Of a DNA stretch of 64,000 nt, positions 61,220 to 64,000 are shown piece by piece. The notes beneath the pieces were generated by a model. The model was given only the letters and a program-made list of their open reading frames with translations, searched no databases and was not told the DNA's origin. Made by a program: the position numbers and the translations under genes. Origin of the DNA: Paecilomyces variotii (lineage: Eukaryota); assembly GCA_004022145.1 (NCBI GenBank), contig RCNU01000006.1. One strand, given 5' to 3'. Within the stretch, counting starts at the first letter, position 1. The number at the start of each line of letters is the position of its first letter.

Positions 61220-62511
61220 ATGTTCTCGCTACCTCTAATCACACCCCGCGATGTGAGTCGAGTCTACGATTCCCTTTCTGCATTTGCATTGCATTGTCTA
61301 CTACGCAGATCTCTCAAGGACAGAAAAGAATCATATCATAACGATTGGTATAATTTGAATAATAAAAAAAAATAAAAACTAACTCGTCTTGAAATCTTCA
61401 GTCCCACGAGCTCTGGTTCGGCTCTTCGCAAACTCCTCCACACCGCTCCTCCGCATCTCAGAACCAACTGAATCCCTCCGATCCTCACCAGTCGTCTTCG
61501 CGTCGATATCACCAAGGAAACGGACACCTGCCGAGCGGTCGCACGTTAATTTCATCTACTGCGCCGTCAAATACACTTGCGGCACTACAGCTGGAAGAAC
61601 GCGCGTTGCGCGCACGAAAGCAGAATATAGCATCGTTCGGATACGCGTGGATCAAACCGGCAGGATGTGCGAAGACTATGCTGGGGATGAGGGAGGAGGA
61701 GGCGGAGAGAGAGGAAGGGTTACTTGCGGCTGCGGCGGAGATGGCTGGTGCGGGGGGGGATTTGTCGACTATGGGGATTGTGGATGAGTTTGGGAGGCCG
61801 CAGGGTCAGGAGGGAGATAATACTGGTGGTGTGGATGATCAGATGTTGGAGAGGGATTTGGATGATGATATTCCTGATGCGGATGCGGATGGGCTTGTGG
61901 AGGAGGGAGAGGAGGGGTTGGAGGAAGATGAGGATGGTGAGGAAGGGTTGATGGAGAGGGATTTGGATGATGATATTCCTGAGGCGTTTCCGGAGGATGA
62001 TGATGACGATGATGATGAAGAGGAGGAGGAGGAGAATGAAGAAGAAGATGACGATTTTGATAACCAGCCGGATCTGGATGATGATATTCCCGCGGCAGAA
62101 GACGAGGGGGGTTCGCTTATGGTCCGCGATTTGGACGATGATATTCCTGAGGCGGAAGAAGGTAGTGAACAGGGAGAAGAATGGCAGCATACCGACACGG
62201 AAGCTGAAGACGACGACGACGATGATGATGATGAGCACGATCCCTTCTCTGAACAACTTTTCAGGACCAGTACTTCCAGCGGTCGAGGACTCCCGCCGCA
62301 ACCGCCGCCTATTCGACGAGAGACTGAAGCTCAGCGACGCTTCTTGAACCGTTGGAGCGGTGGCGCAGACGCGTTTGACACGAGCGGAATGACGCTCGAA
62401 GACGAGGAGGACCTCCGTGCTTCAATAGCCAGCCAGACCAGTCGACGGAATAGCGCCTACAGAAGACGATTCACGAGACAAAGGGGAGGTCCAAGGGATA
62501 GTCTTGAGTAA
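61220..62511 (+). CDS. APC15: Anaphase-promoting complex subunit Apc15/Mnd2-like protein with long acidic region. Exons 61220-61252, 61402-62511
   Basis: Spliced MFSLPLITPRD|SHELWFG and LQLEERALRARKQNIASFGYAWIKPAGCAKTM, the conserved Apc15p core. Intron GTGAGT...ACTAAC...CAG. Confidence 0.8.
61847..62154 (+). repeat. Four copies of a DLDDDIP(E/D/A)A-encoding repeat inside APC15
   Basis: 31-nt identical copies at 61847-61877 and 61952-61982; degenerate copies near 62071 and 62125. Confidence 0.8.
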
Positions 62512-63095
62512 GTGAAGTCTGGAGATCTGGGGTTCAAAACTTGATCGACGTCGACGATACATTTGGCTACGAGTCCCCATGTGATTATTTGTTTCGGGCC
62601 TTATTATTGTATATATCTATGGTTTACCTATGAGAAGCGTGCATGTTAGGAGTTAGGTCGGATACGGAAAGGGAACAAACGGTGGGGGTGGAGTTGAATA
62701 TGTATATAATACAGTTTACGGACTTGCTGGAATGAATTTCACGCGGATAATCGCTCAATTGAATTAGAAAGGAATCAAAAGTACGTTCTTAAAGACGAGT
62801 TCGAGCTATAGAGAAGACAATTTGTGGATATCAACTCAGCAGCAGAGCAGCTCACAAATTTAGCATGGATTGTATTATATATAAACTACATGTATTAATA
62901 TGTGTTTCAGGATAGTTAAAAAGCCATATCGATAACATCACTCCATGCCCCAAGCACCTGGAACGCCATATCATGCAAACATGGTGCTAGTCGCATCAAA
63001 TTCCATATGAAGAAAGAAAGAAAGACAAGCAATACAGTCGATATCGTTGGAAGATATGGTTTTGGAGAGAACAGAATCCGGAGATAACATGCCGC

Positions 63096-63964
63096 TCAGG
63101 ACAACCAGACGTAGGCGAAGAGGAGGAAAACGGCAAAGAAGAAAAGCAGCCAGACGCGCCAGCCGACGCCTGTCCGTTCTGCCATGCGCAACATTCGGTT
63201 CATTGTGCCGCGGAGTTTGACTCGTGTGTTATCGAAGGATTCGTTCATCTATGGATATTGGATGATGTTTTAGCCGGGGGGGTATTATTCATGGAGAGAG
63301 CAGTGCAGGCGTCACGTACCTTGTCCGCTAGAGCGGAACTTGTCCGGATTTCATCGCCGATGGCAACGGTGATCTATACAGAAGTGTTAGATATCAGCCT
63401 GTGGCTGAGAATGGAATAATCGCGTGTACGTACATCCTTAAGCATCTTGACCTTTGCGCTAATACCCTCGATCTCAGATTCGTTTTGCGATTCAAGCGAC
63501 GATAGAACAGCGTCTGAATATTGTCCTCTGTATGAACTAGTTAGCATGGAGATATACCCTTCCCTGTTCAGCTGCAGAATCGCCTTCCACGTACTTCGAA
63601 TTCGGCGTCGCAGCCCTATATCCACCACCGCCTAAGCCTGATTGCGCTCCGCCGGCCGTGTAGCCATCGCTGACCGAACCGGAGTAACCACCATATCCAC
63701 CCGGACGGGGCGACCGACTCGCAGGCCGAGAGGCGCCATTATATGCATCGAAGAGCGAAGAAGATGCTCTGGGGTCGCGCTGATGGAGGTTGGAGTGGGG
63801 GAATCTATTGATCGAAATATGAGCATGTTTTTCTCTTTTGCGGAAGAAACGAAACGAGTTGTCGCGAGACTATTTGCGGTTGATACAGCGTTGCGCGGTA
63901 AAGCAAGATGCGGAGAAAGAGCTCTTGAAGAAGAAGAGGAAAGAAAGCCATACCGTGAAGCCAT
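63096..63964 (-). CDS. BET1: Qc-SNARE Bet1 (ER-Golgi transport). Exons 63964-63954, 63804-63595, 63527-63434, 63373-63320, 63248-63096
   Basis: Spliced LSSLESQNESEIEGISAKVKMLKDITVAIGDEIR...MNESFDNTRVKLRGTMNRMLRMA SNARE helix and C-terminal TM anchor (VWLLFFFAVFLLFAYVWLS). Four canonical introns. Confidence 0.88.
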
Positions 63965-64000
63965 GATGTACGCGTTTGCGTTTGCGTAGAGGGAATGATT

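Noticed and set aside
1..62511. Co-occurrence of cell-cycle and chromatin genes (RSC8, CTF18, swi6, APC15) as a functional cluster
   Set aside because: They are dispersed among unrelated genes over 60 kb, consistent with ordinary gene order.
63524..63532. BET1 intron-2 acceptor TACAG|AGGA resembling the METTL16 3'-splice-site motif UACAGARAA
   Set aside because: Mismatch to the consensus and no evident hairpin; YAG acceptors preceded by TA are common.

Overview
Eukaryotic, intron-containing, gene-dense DNA from a filamentous ascomycete. Gene content and short GT-AG introns with CTRAY branch points are typical of Eurotiales (Aspergillus/Paecilomyces/Talaromyces-like); the species cannot be named from the sequence. 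I reconstructed 20 protein-coding genes by hand, including exon boundaries. Housekeeping genes: RSC8/SWI3 (truncated at the left edge), CTF18, ETF-alpha, a ribosomal-L1-domain protein, a SUN/GH132 glucanase, the MBF subunit Swi6/Cdc10, an LYR-like protein, EMW1/TTC27, a METTL16-like U6 m6A methyltransferase, phospholipase D, NADH glutamate synthase, Apc15 and Bet1. Accessory metabolic genes: GST, SDR, a divergent dihydroxyacetone-kinase paralogue, a PhyH dioxygenase and a bacterial-type IlvD/Edd dehydratase. Also present are an uncharacterised membrane protein, a candidate 74-aa microprotein and a decayed APH-like kinase relic with RIP-like CpA->TpA stops. I saw no tRNA, rRNA, CRISPR array, intact transposon or secondary-metabolite backbone gene, and no unambiguous novel multi-gene system. 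Best leads: (1) the METTL16-like gene has 9 introns, an 11-nt micro-exon and atypical 5' splice sites, so its own splicing may be coupled to U6 m6A status; (2) the microprotein has a long, motif-rich upstream region; (3) the CTF18 promoter has helically phased MCB boxes; (4) an accessory PhyH/dehydratase/relic block and a possible spliced non-coding transcript lie upstream of glutamate synthase. Family assignments come from motif recognition, not database searches.
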